The notes: generated by a model not told the origin, from the letters alone. DNA of 63,944 nt, filler included, from an uncultured Methanosarcinales archaeon (GCA_964472345.1; 6 parts of 6 records of this genome joined end to end with filler, not necessarily neighbours in it); one strand, 5' to 3'. Counted from the first letter of the whole stretch, positions 36,162 through 45,931 are shown. Program-made: numbers and translations.

Positions 36162-37537
36162 TGCCGCACCTCCGCCTTTGGCACGCGGATATCAGGAGGG
36201 ATCGGCACGCCGAGCAGATCAAGAACCGTCGGAGCAATCTGCGCAATGTCAATCTCCGCGATCGGCCCCCTGCGCGCGATCCCCTTGCCGGCAATGAGGA
36301 AGCTCCCGCTCCGCGAGTGGCCTGCGCTGTCCGCACCGACGGCCGTTTCCCAGGAGTAGAGCCCTTCCGCGCCGAAATCGGGATTGGACGCCCAACGCAG
36401 GTCATCAAAATACACCGTCAGGTCCGGGCATTCCGGCAGCTCCGGATTCCGGTAGATTTCCTCCTTCCGGTACACCTTGGTCTCGAGCTTTTTCCCGCCA
36501 TCGTCGGGGATTGCACGCAGCTTTTCGATGAGCTCCTGCACGATGCGCTCATACGACTGTCCGGCCTTCTTCCTGTTGATGTACACCCGCGCCTGATACG
36601 CCCCGCTCCCGTACGCGAGCGTCCTGTCAAGGTCGACGAGCGAGAGATCAAAGCGCTGCTTCGCACGCGGATCGGCTCCCTGCTTCAGCACGAGGTAGCC
36701 TTGCCCGAGCAGCCAGTTGTTCAGGTTGATCTTGCCTTCCTGCTTCACCATCCCGTGGTCCGACGCGACGATGACCACCGTGTCCTCATCCAGCAATGCG
36801 AGCAGCTCCGCAAGCTTCTTGTCAAGGTAGATATAATAGTCGAGCAGCGCGCTCCTGTGCGGCGAATTCGGGATGTGGCGGCGGTGCGTCTCATCGAAAT
36901 GCCTCCACAGCATGTGCTGCAGCCTGTCCGTGCCGAGCATGACTGCCATGAAAAAGTCCCACGGCTGCGTGGCAAGCAGCTCTTTCGCCAGCGTGAGCTG
37001 CATGTCCGTCATCGCGTAAGTCCGCTCAAGCAGCGTCTCGATGGCAAGGCCCTTGTGCCCCGCCAGCCCCGCGACCACGTCAAAGAAGGCCTCCGGCCGC
37101 GGGACGTTCCTGACCTTCTCATGCAGCCACGCAGGATACGCGCAGTCGCTTTCAACGCCTGGCGTGAGAAAATCGCTCACCATACAGCCATTGATAGGCT
37201 TCACGGGATAGGAGAGCGGCACGAACAGCGCGATGCTCTTCTTGCGCTCGCCGAGGATGTCCCACAGCAGCCTGCAGCGGATATGCTGCGAATTCACCAG
37301 CCTGGGAGCGCCCTGCGCGTCGCGGTAGGTGTAGCCGAACACGCCGATCTCGCTCGGATCCTTGCCCGAGATCATCGAGTTCCACGCCGTGATGGTCAGC
37401 GGCGGGATGGTGCTTCTCGTCGTGCCAAAGCAGCCCTGCTCCATGAGCCTGCGGATAGTGGGCAGGTGCTCCTTCCACCGCCCGAAGATGAGCTCAGGAG
37501 CCGCTCCGTCGATGCCGAACAGGAAAACCTTGGTCAT
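36158..37537 (-). CDS. alkaline-phosphatase-superfamily nucleotide pyrophosphatase/phosphodiesterase
   Basis: GIDGA, STIPPLT..AW, DRLQH, SDHG, GHSRSG, IAPTVLDLLG. Confidence 0.88.
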   Translation of the reverse strand: MTKVFLFGIDGAAPELIFGRWKEHLPTIRRLMEQGCFGTTRSTIPPLTITAWNSMISGKDPSEIGVFGYTYRDAQGAPRLVNSQHIRCRLLWDILGERKKSIALFVPLSYPVKPINGCMVSDFLTPGVESDCAYPAWLHEKVRNVPRPEAFFDVVAGLAGHKGLAIETLLERTYAMTDMQLTLAKELLATQPWDFFMAVMLGTDRLQHMLWRHFDETHRRHIPNSPHRSALLDYYIYLDKKLAELLALLDEDTVVIVASDHGMVKQEGKINLNNWLLGQGYLVLKQGADPRAKQRFDLSLVDLDRTLAYGSGAYQARVYINRKKAGQSYERIVQELIEKLRAIPDDGGKKLETKVYRKEEIYRNPELPECPDLTVYFDDLRWASNPDFGAEGLYSWETAVGADSAGHSRSGSFLIAGKGIARRGPIAEIDIAQIAPTVLDLLGVPIPPDIRVPKAEVRQ

Positions 37538-37542
37538 GCTGC

Positions 37543-37785
37543 TCAGTCGAGATAGCCCAGGCTCCGGAGCCGCTCCTTCACCCGCTTCTCGTCATCTGCG
37601 GAGAACGGCTCGTCTTTCGCCTGCGGGCGGCCCTCTTCCTCCGTCTTTGAGAGCACCTGCCGCATCACATAGGTCACGTAGCTGCTCACAGAGTTGAAGC
37701 CTGTCCCTTCGCAGCGCTTCTTTATCTTCTCAAACAGCGGCTTTGGGATGGATACTGTTGTTACATTGCTTTCTTTTTCTGCCAT
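37543..37785 (-). CDS. CopG/RHH regulator with C-terminal KERLRSLGYLD tail
   Basis: TTVSIPKPLFEKIK...GFNSVSSYVTYVMRQ RHH pattern. Confidence 0.85.
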   Translation of the reverse strand: MAEKESNVTTVSIPKPLFEKIKKRCEGTGFNSVSSYVTYVMRQVLSKTEEEGRPQAKDEPFSADDEKRVKERLRSLGYLD

Positions 37786-37915
37786 AGGTGGCACCCCCAT
37801 AATTTTTATAAAACAACTAAATATTAATTAAATCTTATCATTAAATTATAACTTATTTATAAAGCTTGCGTAAAATAAGAGCCCATCCCAATAGGCGTTT
37901 CCAGTACCGCAGACC

Positions 37916-38015
37916 NNNNNNNNNNNNNNNNNNNNNNNNNNNNNNNNNNNNNNNNNNNNTTAATTAATTAANNNNNNNNNNNNNNNNNNNNNNNNNNNNN
38001 NNNNNNNNNNNNNNN
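37916..38015. other. artificial contig linker
   Basis: N-run/TTAATTAATTAA/N-run. Confidence 0.98.
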
Positions 38016-38983
38016 CCGACAAGGATGACCCTGCCGATGTCCTTCGGCTGCATCTTTGCGTCTTTCAGCGCCTGCTCCAGCGGCCCCTTGCAGCGCCGGA
38101 TGAGCGGGTCGATCAGCTCCTCGAGCTTCGACCGCGTCAGCCGCATCTGGAGGTGCTTGGGCCCTTCGTTCGTCGCGGTGATGAACGGCAGGTTGATGTC
38201 GCTCTCCACCGTGGTGCTGAGCTCGATCTTTGCCTTCTCCGCGGCCTCGCGCAGCCGCTGCATGGCGACGCTGTCCTTGCTGAGGTCGACGCCCTCCTGC
38301 TTCCTGAATTCCTTCGCGATGAAGTCGACGATTACCCCATCCATGTCCGTTCCGCCGAGCTGCGTGTCGCCGGACGTTGATTTCACCTCGAACACGCCGT
38401 CGCTGAAGTCCATGATCGTCACGTCCAGCGTCCCCCCGCCGAGGTCGAAGACGAGGATCTTCATCTCCTTGTCCCCTTTGTCGAGGCCGAACGCAAGGCA
38501 TGCTGCCGTCGGCTCGTTGATGATGCGCACGACATCAAGGCCTGCGATCGCGCCCGCGTCCTTCGTCGCCTGCCGCTGGTTGTCATCGAAGTAGGCCGGC
38601 ACGGTGATGACCGCCTTGCTGATCGGCTCGCCAAGGAACTCCTCCGCGTCCTTCTTGATCTTCTGCAGGATGAATGCGGAGATCTGCTGCGGCGTGTACT
38701 CCTTGCCGTTGATGCGGTACTTGTGCGTCGTCCCCATCTTGCGCTTGGCTGCCATGATCGTGCGCTCCGGGTTGCTGACCGCCTGCCGGCGCGCGGGCTC
38801 ACCCACGAGCAGCTGCCCGTCTTTCGTGAACGCGACAAAGCTCGGGAACGCTTTCCCGTACTGCGTCGCGCCCTCTGCGCTTGGGATGATCACGGGCTTG
38901 CCCGCCTGCAGCACGGAGGCTGCGCTGTTTGAAGTGCCCAAATCAATCCCGATAATCTTTTCCTTCTTTGTTTTTTCTGCCAT
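38016..38983 (-). CDS. dnaK: chaperone DnaK, 3'-truncated
   Basis: [31 protein letters not shown]. Confidence 0.97.
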
Positions 38984-39008
38984 GGTTGTTCACCTTCCTG
39001 TTCGTTTT

Positions 39009-39416
39009 TTACCTTCTTTTATCATCCTGTTTCTCACCAGAGGGTATTGCGGCCATATCTGTTTTTCCCGGCTGCTGTTCCCCTTGCTTTCCAAGCGCCT
39101 GTCGCCGGAGCTCCTCGACGCGCTCTTCCCTGAGGATCGGCTTGCTGCTTCTTTTTGCGTAACGGTACGATATCACGTCAACGGCCTCCAGCAGCTTGGT
39201 GAGCCTGTTGAGCGCAAAGGAATCATGGGGCTTGACGCTGCCCAGCGCCTCGTAGAGGCTGAAGTCGCTCGTGACGAGCTCGACGTCAGCGGGCTTGCAG
39301 AGGATCAGCGTTTCCAGCGCCTCGTCGATGCCGAGCAGGTAGCACAGGAGCTGCTCCGACGCCAGAAAGCGCCTGTTCGCCTGCACCGGCTGCATATTGA
39401 TCCTGATTTGCACCAT
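39009..39416 (-). CDS. hypothetical protein, possibly PIN-like fold
   Basis: LVTSDFSLYEAL motif; start MVQIRIN after an RBS-like AGGTGA. Confidence 0.55.
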   Translation of the reverse strand: MVQIRINMQPVQANRRFLASEQLLCYLLGIDEALETLILCKPADVELVTSDFSLYEALGSVKPHDSFALNRLTKLLEAVDVISYRYAKRSSKPILREERVEELRRQALGKQGEQQPGKTDMAAIPSGEKQDDKRR

Positions 39417-39446
39417 GGTTGTTTCACCTGTGTCTGTTTCTTTCAC

Positions 39447-39638
39447 CTGTGGGGGGTTGCTGCGGAAGCCGGTGCCGCTGCGTGCATTGCCCCGCCGACG
39501 TGCTCCGCAGGATTGGACGAAGCGACCTGAAGCGCCGCAGAGGCGCGAAGCTGAGAGGCGGATCGCGGGGCTCCCGCAGCGGCACGGAAAGGCTCCGCAG
39601 CAACCCCTACAGCGCAGTGCACCATTTCGCAACAACCC
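39447..39638. repeat. long imperfect hairpin plus a MITE-family end
   Basis: GGGGTTGCTGCGGA (39453-39466)/TCCGCAGCAACCCC (39594-39607); then GCAGTGCACCATTTCGCAACAACCC resembling 48289-48312. Confidence 0.65.
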
Positions 39639-40193
39639 TCATTTCAGCACCCCGAACCGCATGATATGCCGCCGCTGCTCTGCGTCAGGCACAATCTCCT
39701 CTATGCTTCCGCCGGGGATGCTCTCGCCGCCTGCCGCGAGGTAATCGGCGTACTGCCGCAGCGCTTCGGGATCATGCCGGTTGAGCACATGGTTGAGCAC
39801 GAACCACGCGTGCAGCTTGCCTGCGTACGGCCTGCAGCCCATGCTCACCTTGCAGTGCAATGGCTTTGCGGGATGCACGGTGCACCCTTTTTCTGCATCA
39901 TAAAATGTGCATCTGCCATACGGCTTGTTTTCCTTCCGCTCGAGCCTGGGCCGCCACATGGTCCTGTTGAGCTGCTCGACCGGCTCGAGGTGCTTCTGCC
40001 TGAGCTCCTCTATGGTGATGCCGAGGAACTTCGCGAGCGGCTCGAAATCATCCTCTGCAAGGAAGCCGCTGCCCATCGTGCAGCCGTGCGAGCATGCTTT
40101 GCAGCGGCAGGAGGGAGCGAGCTTCCGGACCTCTGCGAGCGGCGTGTCCTTGGTGATTGCGGTGCCGGTTTTATCCTCCGCGTTTGCTGTCAC
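39639..40193 (-). CDS. YkgJ/CxxCxxCC-like cysteine-cluster protein
   Basis: CRCKACSHGC; CTFYD..GCTVHPAKPLHC. Confidence 0.8.
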   Translation of the reverse strand: MTANAEDKTGTAITKDTPLAEVRKLAPSCRCKACSHGCTMGSGFLAEDDFEPLAKFLGITIEELRQKHLEPVEQLNRTMWRPRLERKENKPYGRCTFYDAEKGCTVHPAKPLHCKVSMGCRPYAGKLHAWFVLNHVLNRHDPEALRQYADYLAAGGESIPGGSIEEIVPDAEQRRHIMRFGVLK

Positions 40194-40936
40194 TGCACCC
40201 TCCCCGCGTCCGGCTGGTGCGCGCCGCTGTCCGCTTCACGCGCCGCGGCGCCTCCTGCCGGCTCCTCAGCGCGCGCGTGCGCCTGCCCGGACTGCACCGC
40301 TTTGCACACCCTCACCTTGCTGGTGCGGATCACCGCATCGCCAAGCAGGTAGCCTTTCTGCAGCTCCTCGATGATCATGCCGTCCTCACATCCCGCTTTC
40401 TGCTCCTGCAGCAGCACCTCATGCTGATATGGGTCGATGTGCTTTCCCACCGCTTCAATCGGCCTGAGCCCCTTTGCCTTGAGCACGGAAACAAACTGCG
40501 CGTAGAGCAGCTCCAGGCCCTTCACGAGCGTTTCCGTTTCCGCAGCGGGGGCGGTTCCCTTCGCGCCGGCGCCGCGCCTCGCATCGGCTCCATTCCTGCC
40601 TGCGGTCTTCAGCGCAAGCTCAAACGCATCGAGCGTCGGCAGCAGCTCCTTCACCAGGCTGCGCAGCGCGTCCTGCTGCCAGCGCTGCTTTTCTTTCTCA
40701 ATATATTTTTTGTAATTGTCGAAATCAGCCTGCAGGCGCTGGAGGGTCGCGGTCAGCTCGGCAACGTGCTCATGCTGCGGCGGGTGCGGCGGTAGCGCCG
40801 CTGCTTTTGACGCAATGCCTGCTGATCCCTGCACTCCTTTTGCAGTCATTCCTGAAGCCGATGCCGCCTCTGCCGCTGCGGCCGTGGTACCAACCGTCGC
40901 CTGCGCCGCTGCCGTTTCTGCTTCCTTTTTTCTCAT
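40190..40936 (-). CDS. grpE: nucleotide exchange factor GrpE
   Basis: RLQADFDNYKK, LLPTLDAFELA, DPYQHEVL, QKGYLL...IRTSKVRV. Confidence 0.93.
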   Translation of the reverse strand: MRKKEAETAAAQATVGTTAAAAEAASASGMTAKGVQGSAGIASKAAALPPHPPQHEHVAELTATLQRLQADFDNYKKYIEKEKQRWQQDALRSLVKELLPTLDAFELALKTAGRNGADARRGAGAKGTAPAAETETLVKGLELLYAQFVSVLKAKGLRPIEAVGKHIDPYQHEVLLQEQKAGCEDGMIIEELQKGYLLGDAVIRTSKVRVCKAVQSGQAHARAEEPAGGAAAREADSGAHQPDAGRVQ

Positions 40937-40942
40937 TTCACA

Positions 40943-41125
40943 TCAACGCGCCTGTGCCCTGCTTCTTCGCGGGCCGGTGATGGGGGGGACGATCCCGCCT
41001 GTGCTTTTGCCAGGCAGCAGCTTGGCCGGGTGCGTCCACAATGGTGCCCAACCGAAGCCCCCGCCGAAGGGCTGCTCCATCCCGCGCTGCGTGCGACGCA
41101 GCCCGTTCCCGATGTCTTCCATCAT
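40943..41125 (-). CDS. 60-aa leader ORF of the grpE-dnaK operon (possible small-HSP remnant)
   Basis: GAGGTGG RBS; lies between the TATA box and grpE; N-terminus loosely resembles sHSP. Confidence 0.35.
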   Translation of the reverse strand: MMEDIGNGLRRTQRGMEQPFGGGFGWAPLWTHPAKLLPGKSTGGIVPPITGPRRSRAQAR

Positions 41126-41142
41126 TGGGACCACCTCATTTG

Positions 41143-41159
41143 GTTTACTTTAAGTAAAC
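41143..41159. promoter_or_regulatory. palindromic operator candidate GTTTACTT-T-AAGTAAAC
   Basis: Perfect 8-bp inverted repeat between the TATA box (about 41181-41191) and the first RBS of the chaperone operon. Confidence 0.55.
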
Positions 41160-41377
41160 GAAGTTGATGGTAGATGATACTTATATATAAATGTTTTGTT
41201 TTAAAATGACAAGTGGCGAGCAAGAACCCTCCAGCAACAGCGGCGCTGAAACCGCCTGCACAAGGCGCATCAAACGCATGGACGGCTCCCAGTGCCATCG
41301 TCACCATCATGCCCGCAGCGCTGCCAGCCGCAGGCGTGCGCTTGGGAAAACTATCCGAGAATGCGCCCCGGCGCACG

Positions 41378-42289
41378 TCAGTTTTTCACAGGGATCCAGA
41401 GATCGTTGTTCCTGATGCGCTCTGCTATCTCTGTGGGGAAATAATGACCGTACACCTTTTCAAACAGATCCTCCCTAAACATCGCAGCCCATAAAAGGTT
41501 GTCGGGCGTTTTCAGCGTCCCGGCGTATTTAGTGACTTTCGGTGACACCCATCCATCTCTTCGGTTATATTCGAGTTTCACCTGAATTCGCAGGGGATTA
41601 AAAAAAGGATCCTCATACCACTGCCTCTCGGGAGCTGACCCGGTCGTATCGTCAAACTCGACCTGCATGTACACCTCAACCTTAACGGTGACTTTGTATG
41701 GTCTCCTGAGAGAATCCTTATGGAGGATATAGTCTTTATGACTAATACCCAACCCCTGAAGATCTGTTGCTACAGCAATGTCCCCAATTCGGTGGCATGT
41801 CGGCCCCGCAGTGCCATCAAAAGGCGGGAAGAGTGTAGCATAGTGCAGGGACGGGTGCCCTTCAGAGGTATGTTTTCCCTCGACGAAATGCCCTGGGTGA
41901 GGAACCTCCAACAAATAATTTTTTTCATTCCCTAGAGAAAAGTTCCGTGTGTTACACCCCCTATAAAAGTCCGTAACCAGCACCTCCATGATGCCTTCCT
42001 TATCAGCAAGAGTCTTCTCGAGTTCTTGCACCATGCGGTCGGACTCTGCCTTTTCGTCGGGCTCGGAGGATTGCCCCCGCGGCCGGTCGCCTGAGAGCGT
42101 TACCGTCACCTTAAAGTCCTGCTCTACCCAAATCTTATCCTCAAGCCCCCGCGGTTCCGTGCCGCTTTCCTCATTGGCCGGAGGCTCCTCTTTCGACGAG
42201 CAACCGCCCGTGAGGGAAACACCACTGATGACAGAGACGGAGGCGAACGCAGCGAGCAGCAACTCCACCATCGCATTGCGCGGTTTCAT
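41378..42289 (-). CDS. hypothetical secreted protein or lipoprotein, lower GC
   Basis: Hydrophobic leader ending TGGC; about 300-aa ORF. Confidence 0.6.
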   Translation of the reverse strand: MKPRNAMVELLLAAFASVSVISGVSLTGGCSSKEEPPANEESGTEPRGLEDKIWVEQDFKVTVTLSGDRPRGQSSEPDEKAESDRMVQELEKTLADKEGIMEVLVTDFYRGCNTRNFSLGNEKNYLLEVPHPGHFVEGKHTSEGHPSLHYATLFPPFDGTAGPTCHRIGDIAVATDLQGLGISHKDYILHKDSLRRPYKVTVKVEVYMQVEFDDTTGSAPERQWYEDPFFNPLRIQVKLEYNRRDGWVSPKVTKYAGTLKTPDNLLWAAMFREDLFEKVYGHYFPTEIAERIRNNDLWIPVKN

Positions 42290-42426
42290 CTTTTTGGTGC
42301 AACGAGAGATATTCTTGGGTTGCGGCACCGATATAAGCTTTTCGCTCTTCCGGCATTGGTGTAGCATGCCGTACCCTCTCCCGGAAAAACCGAAAAGATT
42401 AAAGCATACGCTGGCTTCATCACCCC

Positions 42427-42825
42427 ATGCGCAAACGCATCACCCTCATCGGCCTGCCTGCACCGCGGGAGCATGACATCAATTACGAGCTGCAATGGCT
42501 CGGCAACGCGCTCGGCCTGTTCGGCGAGCGGGACAAGGACAAGAGCTGCTTTCGCGTCTTCATCACCCTGATCAAGGAGACGCGGCGCGAGCGGCCGCTG
42601 AGCTCTGATGAGATCGCGCAGCAGCTCGAGCTGACGCGCGGCACGGTGATCCACCACATCAACCGGCTGATGGACGCAGGAATCGTGGTGCACCGGCGCG
42701 AGGGGTACGCACTGCGCGTCGAGAACCTCCAGAGGCTCATCAATGAGCTGCAGAACGACACGGAGCGCATGCTCGACAACATGAAGCGCATCAGCAAGGA
42801 CATCGACGAGTGGCTGGGGCTGTGA
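42427..42825 (+). CDS. winged-helix transcription regulator (TrmB/ArsR-like)
   Basis: LSSDEIAQQLELTRGTVIHHINRLMDAGIV. Confidence 0.85.
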   Translation: MRKRITLIGLPAPREHDINYELQWLGNALGLFGERDKDKSCFRVFITLIKETRRERPLSSDEIAQQLELTRGTVIHHINRLMDAGIVVHRREGYALRVENLQRLINELQNDTERMLDNMKRISKDIDEWLGL

Positions 42826-42975
42826 GTTAGCTGTTCAGGCAATTCGTTCTGCGGAACTGCGGTGCCCGACCTCTTTGGTTACAACAATGATGTACCCCAA
42901 TCGTATATTACTTATTTTATATAATAATCCCATTTTATGGTAAAATTTATATATTATCTCTACTTTAAGTAACAA

Positions 42976-43635
42976 ATGATCATCTACAACCCCCATAATG
43001 AAAAGCTCATTGGTGAACGCCTGAAAGAAGCCGAACAGCTTTTAGCCCAAATTCCTGCCAAATACTGCTTTATCACCGGTTCTTTCCTCTCCAGAGAGAA
43101 GTACAAAGACATTGATATTTTTGTCGTTACCCGATCTAAAAAAGAGATTACTCTTAAAAATAGAAAAGTAAAAATAACGACTATCGACTTCAACGATCTT
43201 TATTCCCTTTTTTACCACTCTGTTTCCAAAAGCTGTATCGCGAAGGCTCTCCTTCCGCAGAGACCGCTCAAAGTTACCCTTTCAGATTATTGGCAGGTCA
43301 TTAACGAAGCTATCCCCACGTTGCTCAATGAAAAAGACAGATTCCACAAACATGTCCGTTTTCTTATCCTCTACACAGAATATTTCAAAACGAATGAGGT
43401 ACTTGACACCCACCAACTTAATGAAAAGATTAATTCTTATAGTGATTACCGCAAGATAATGGACTATGTTAAACGAGAACTGCCCAGCATAATCAATAGA
43501 TATGCAAAACCATCCTATGTCAAACGCTTCTTTTATACCCAAGCAGCTCATTATAAAGAACTGCGAGAATATGCCGCGCAAAGATTTTTATACAATTTAA
43601 CCCATGAAGTGGCCAGGGGAACAGCACATGGTTGA
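42976..43635 (+). CDS. minimal-nucleotidyltransferase-like protein, AT-rich
   Basis: FITGSFL...KDIDIFVV (GS...DxD). Confidence 0.75.
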   Translation: MIIYNPHNEKLIGERLKEAEQLLAQIPAKYCFITGSFLSREKYKDIDIFVVTRSKKEITLKNRKVKITTIDFNDLYSLFYHSVSKSCIAKALLPQRPLKVTLSDYWQVINEAIPTLLNEKDRFHKHVRFLILYTEYFKTNEVLDTHQLNEKINSYSDYRKIMDYVKRELPSIINRYAKPSYVKRFFYTQAAHYKELREYAAQRFLYNLTHEVARGTAHG

Positions 43636-44005
43636 TCCCGACGAATTCAAAAAGAAGATAGAAACAAGCATTACCCAAGACTACAAGGTGGAATTCCTCG
43701 GGAAGAATTTCGATCAGATTGTTCATCTTCTTACTGAGAGCAAAACTGAGAAAATTTACCGGTGGATCAAGGATATTGTTGAGAGAAAAATCGAACCGAT
43801 TTCTATTGGCTCGAAGAAGCCATACAAAGAGTGGATAGTAAGTGAGCTCCTTACCTTTCGTTATCCGTTCAGCATCGGTAATACTGAGTATCAGATTCTT
43901 TTCGTGAAAGTGAAAAATTCTGTCTACATTGAGTTTCACCTGGGAGATCACAACTATCATGATAAAGTCAGAAAAGACCTTGATTTGAAGAAAAGTAACT
44001 ATTAA
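43628..44005 (+). CDS. putative RelE-like toxin or hypothetical protein
   Basis: Overlaps the upstream gene; C-terminal IEFHLGDHNYHD resembles the RelE/YafQ-like GxHxxY end. Confidence 0.5.
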   Translation: MVDPDEFKKKIETSITQDYKVEFLGKNFDQIVHLLTESKTEKIYRWIKDIVERKIEPISIGSKKPYKEWIVSELLTFRYPFSIGNTEYQILFVKVKNSVYIEFHLGDHNYHDKVRKDLDLKKSNY

Positions 44006-44306
44006 TGCCCCCCCGTCTTACGAACGATAAACCTACCTTAAACCAGATGCTGTGGTGCCAGTCTCTCTGCACGGCAAGAAATAAATTGCTCACTACGCCC
44101 GCATCCCGCTGCGCTCTCCTCCTTTTAGTCGTCGGGACGCCTAACGGGGGTTATATAAAATTTTCTGTCGTTGTAAATACTACGCTAACGCTAAAAACTA
44201 TGAACCTTAAGATTGACGCTTACGTATGGGCTAACTAAAACTCTATAAGTGGGGGCTAACTTTGGCGAAAGATTTATATACATAATATGATGTACCTAGA
44301 TACATA

Positions 44307-44882
44307 ATGAAAACTGAACTTAAAATAATCAAGTATCTTATCGAAAACAATAAGCCAAGAACTATTAGAGAGATTGCTCAGCAGATTAAAGCAGATTACA
44401 AAATAACTTATATTGCAATACAAAGACTCATTGAAAAGAAAGCCATTAATGTTCAAACTGTAGGAAAAAGCTCTTTATGCAGATTAGATGAAAAGTATTA
44501 TGGTATCGAGATTTATGAAGCAGAAAACGAAAGAAAAGAATATATCCTCAAAAATAGCAATATTAACCAACTCTACAAAGAGATTATGTCTAAAGTAAAA
44601 ACGAGTTCTTTTATTTTGCTTTTATTTGGCTCTTATGCAAAAGGCAAACAGACTAAAACTTCCGATATAGATCTTATGTTTATCTCCAACGAGAAAGATT
44701 TTGAAAGTAAAATTTCAAATGTTCTTTCCTTACTTCCTTTAAAAACACACGCGTTAGTCTTTACAGAAGAAGAATTTGTCAGAATGAAAGACTCAAAAAA
44801 GTCGAATGTAATCCAAGAAGCAATAGAAAGTGATATACCATTGTATGGAATTGAAGCTTATTATCGGTTGAAAAATGCTTGA
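44307..44882 (+). CDS. HTH-MNT nucleotidyltransferase antitoxin
   Basis: TIREIAQQI HTH; LFGSYAKGKQTKTSDIDL. Confidence 0.88.
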   Translation: MKTELKIIKYLIENNKPRTIREIAQQIKADYKITYIAIQRLIEKKAINVQTVGKSSLCRLDEKYYGIEIYEAENERKEYILKNSNINQLYKEIMSKVKTSSFILLLFGSYAKGKQTKTSDIDLMFISNEKDFESKISNVLSLLPLKTHALVFTEEEFVRMKDSKKSNVIQEAIESDIPLYGIEAYYRLKNA

Positions 44883-45417
44883 CGAAAAACGAATTAAAGA
44901 AGCAGAGTCAAATGTGCGGCAATATTTGCAAGATAATCTGCTGAAGAAGCAAACGAATGAAACTGCCAAAGCAATGTACATTGAAAATGCGGATCTTTCA
45001 CTGGAAACAGCAAAAAGACTTCTGGCATTGGAAAGTAAAGACTATCATCCTTACCTTTGGGTAATTGTTCCTTCTTACTATTCAATGTATTACATCGCCA
45101 ATGCTGTCCTCTTAAAATTAGGGTATAAAATAGGAGATAAGGTAAGCCATAAAGTAACTGCCGACGCCATTATTGTTTTTGTCAGAAATAAACTCAAGAA
45201 AAATCTTTTGGAAGAATATGAGACTGCTCAAGCAGACGCGCTAGAATTAATGTCACAGCGAGCCGATGCTTTACTCAGATCTTTGGATGAAGAACGAGAA
45301 AAACGGTCAAAATTCCAATACCAGATGGATGAGCAAGCAAAAAGAGGAAAAGCAGTTACTTCTCTGGAACGGGCTAAAGAATTTGTGTTTGAGATGAAAA
45401 AACTATTGTGGGGTTGA
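44875..45417 (+). CDS. HEPN-domain toxin
   Basis: SYYSMYYIANAVL, SHK, KRSKFQY (Rx4Y); overlaps the MNT gene. Confidence 0.85.
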   Translation: MLDEKRIKEAESNVRQYLQDNLLKKQTNETAKAMYIENADLSLETAKRLLALESKDYHPYLWVIVPSYYSMYYIANAVLLKLGYKIGDKVSHKVTADAIIVFVRNKLKKNLLEEYETAQADALELMSQRADALLRSLDEEREKRSKFQYQMDEQAKRGKAVTSLERAKEFVFEMKKLLWG

Positions 45418-45418
45418 G

Positions 45419-45880
45419 ATGAAGCTTCCAGATATACAAGCCTATACACATCGTGAAAGAGAAAACCTCGTACTAGAAATAGTGGGGAAACTGAAAAAGA
45501 AGTTTGGTTCTAATCTGGAATCAATTGCATATCCGGGTCATTTCCAAGAGATGAGGATATATAGCGAAGGACATAAATAATTATACAAAGTTGTTATGTC
45601 CTTCGAATATAGTAAGTGACATCTGTACAAAAATTTAGGTCACTTACTATAGATTATTCGGATATTGAATTTGTGGTTTTCCTTAAAAAGAAACCAAAAA
45701 GTCTCAAAAATAGTTGGTATATCAGAGATGGAATAAGAATTGAAATACCTTTCTTTGAAGCTAGAGGATTCAAAAGTGAATACAAAGATATAAGAAAAGA
45801 CTGGCCTTGGTATGGTGGAGACAATCTAAAACTCCGGGAATTTAGGAATTTTCCTTCGGAACGTTGCACTAAATTTTTGT
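45419..45880 (+). pseudogene. fragmented nucleotidyltransferase (kanamycin-NTase-like) remnant
   Basis: Fragments LVLEIVGKLKKKFGSNLESIA and YSDIEFVVF...DWPW in different frames, separated by stops. Confidence 0.45.
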
Positions 45881-45931
45881 CCTGCGGAGAGGATCACCCA
45901 TTGGCCAACACCGGCAGCCAGAAACAAACTA

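Noticed and set aside
43995..44180. attC site between TA modules
   Set aside because: GTT-containing ends and partial symmetry exist, but I could not build matching R''/L''/L'/R' boxes by eye.
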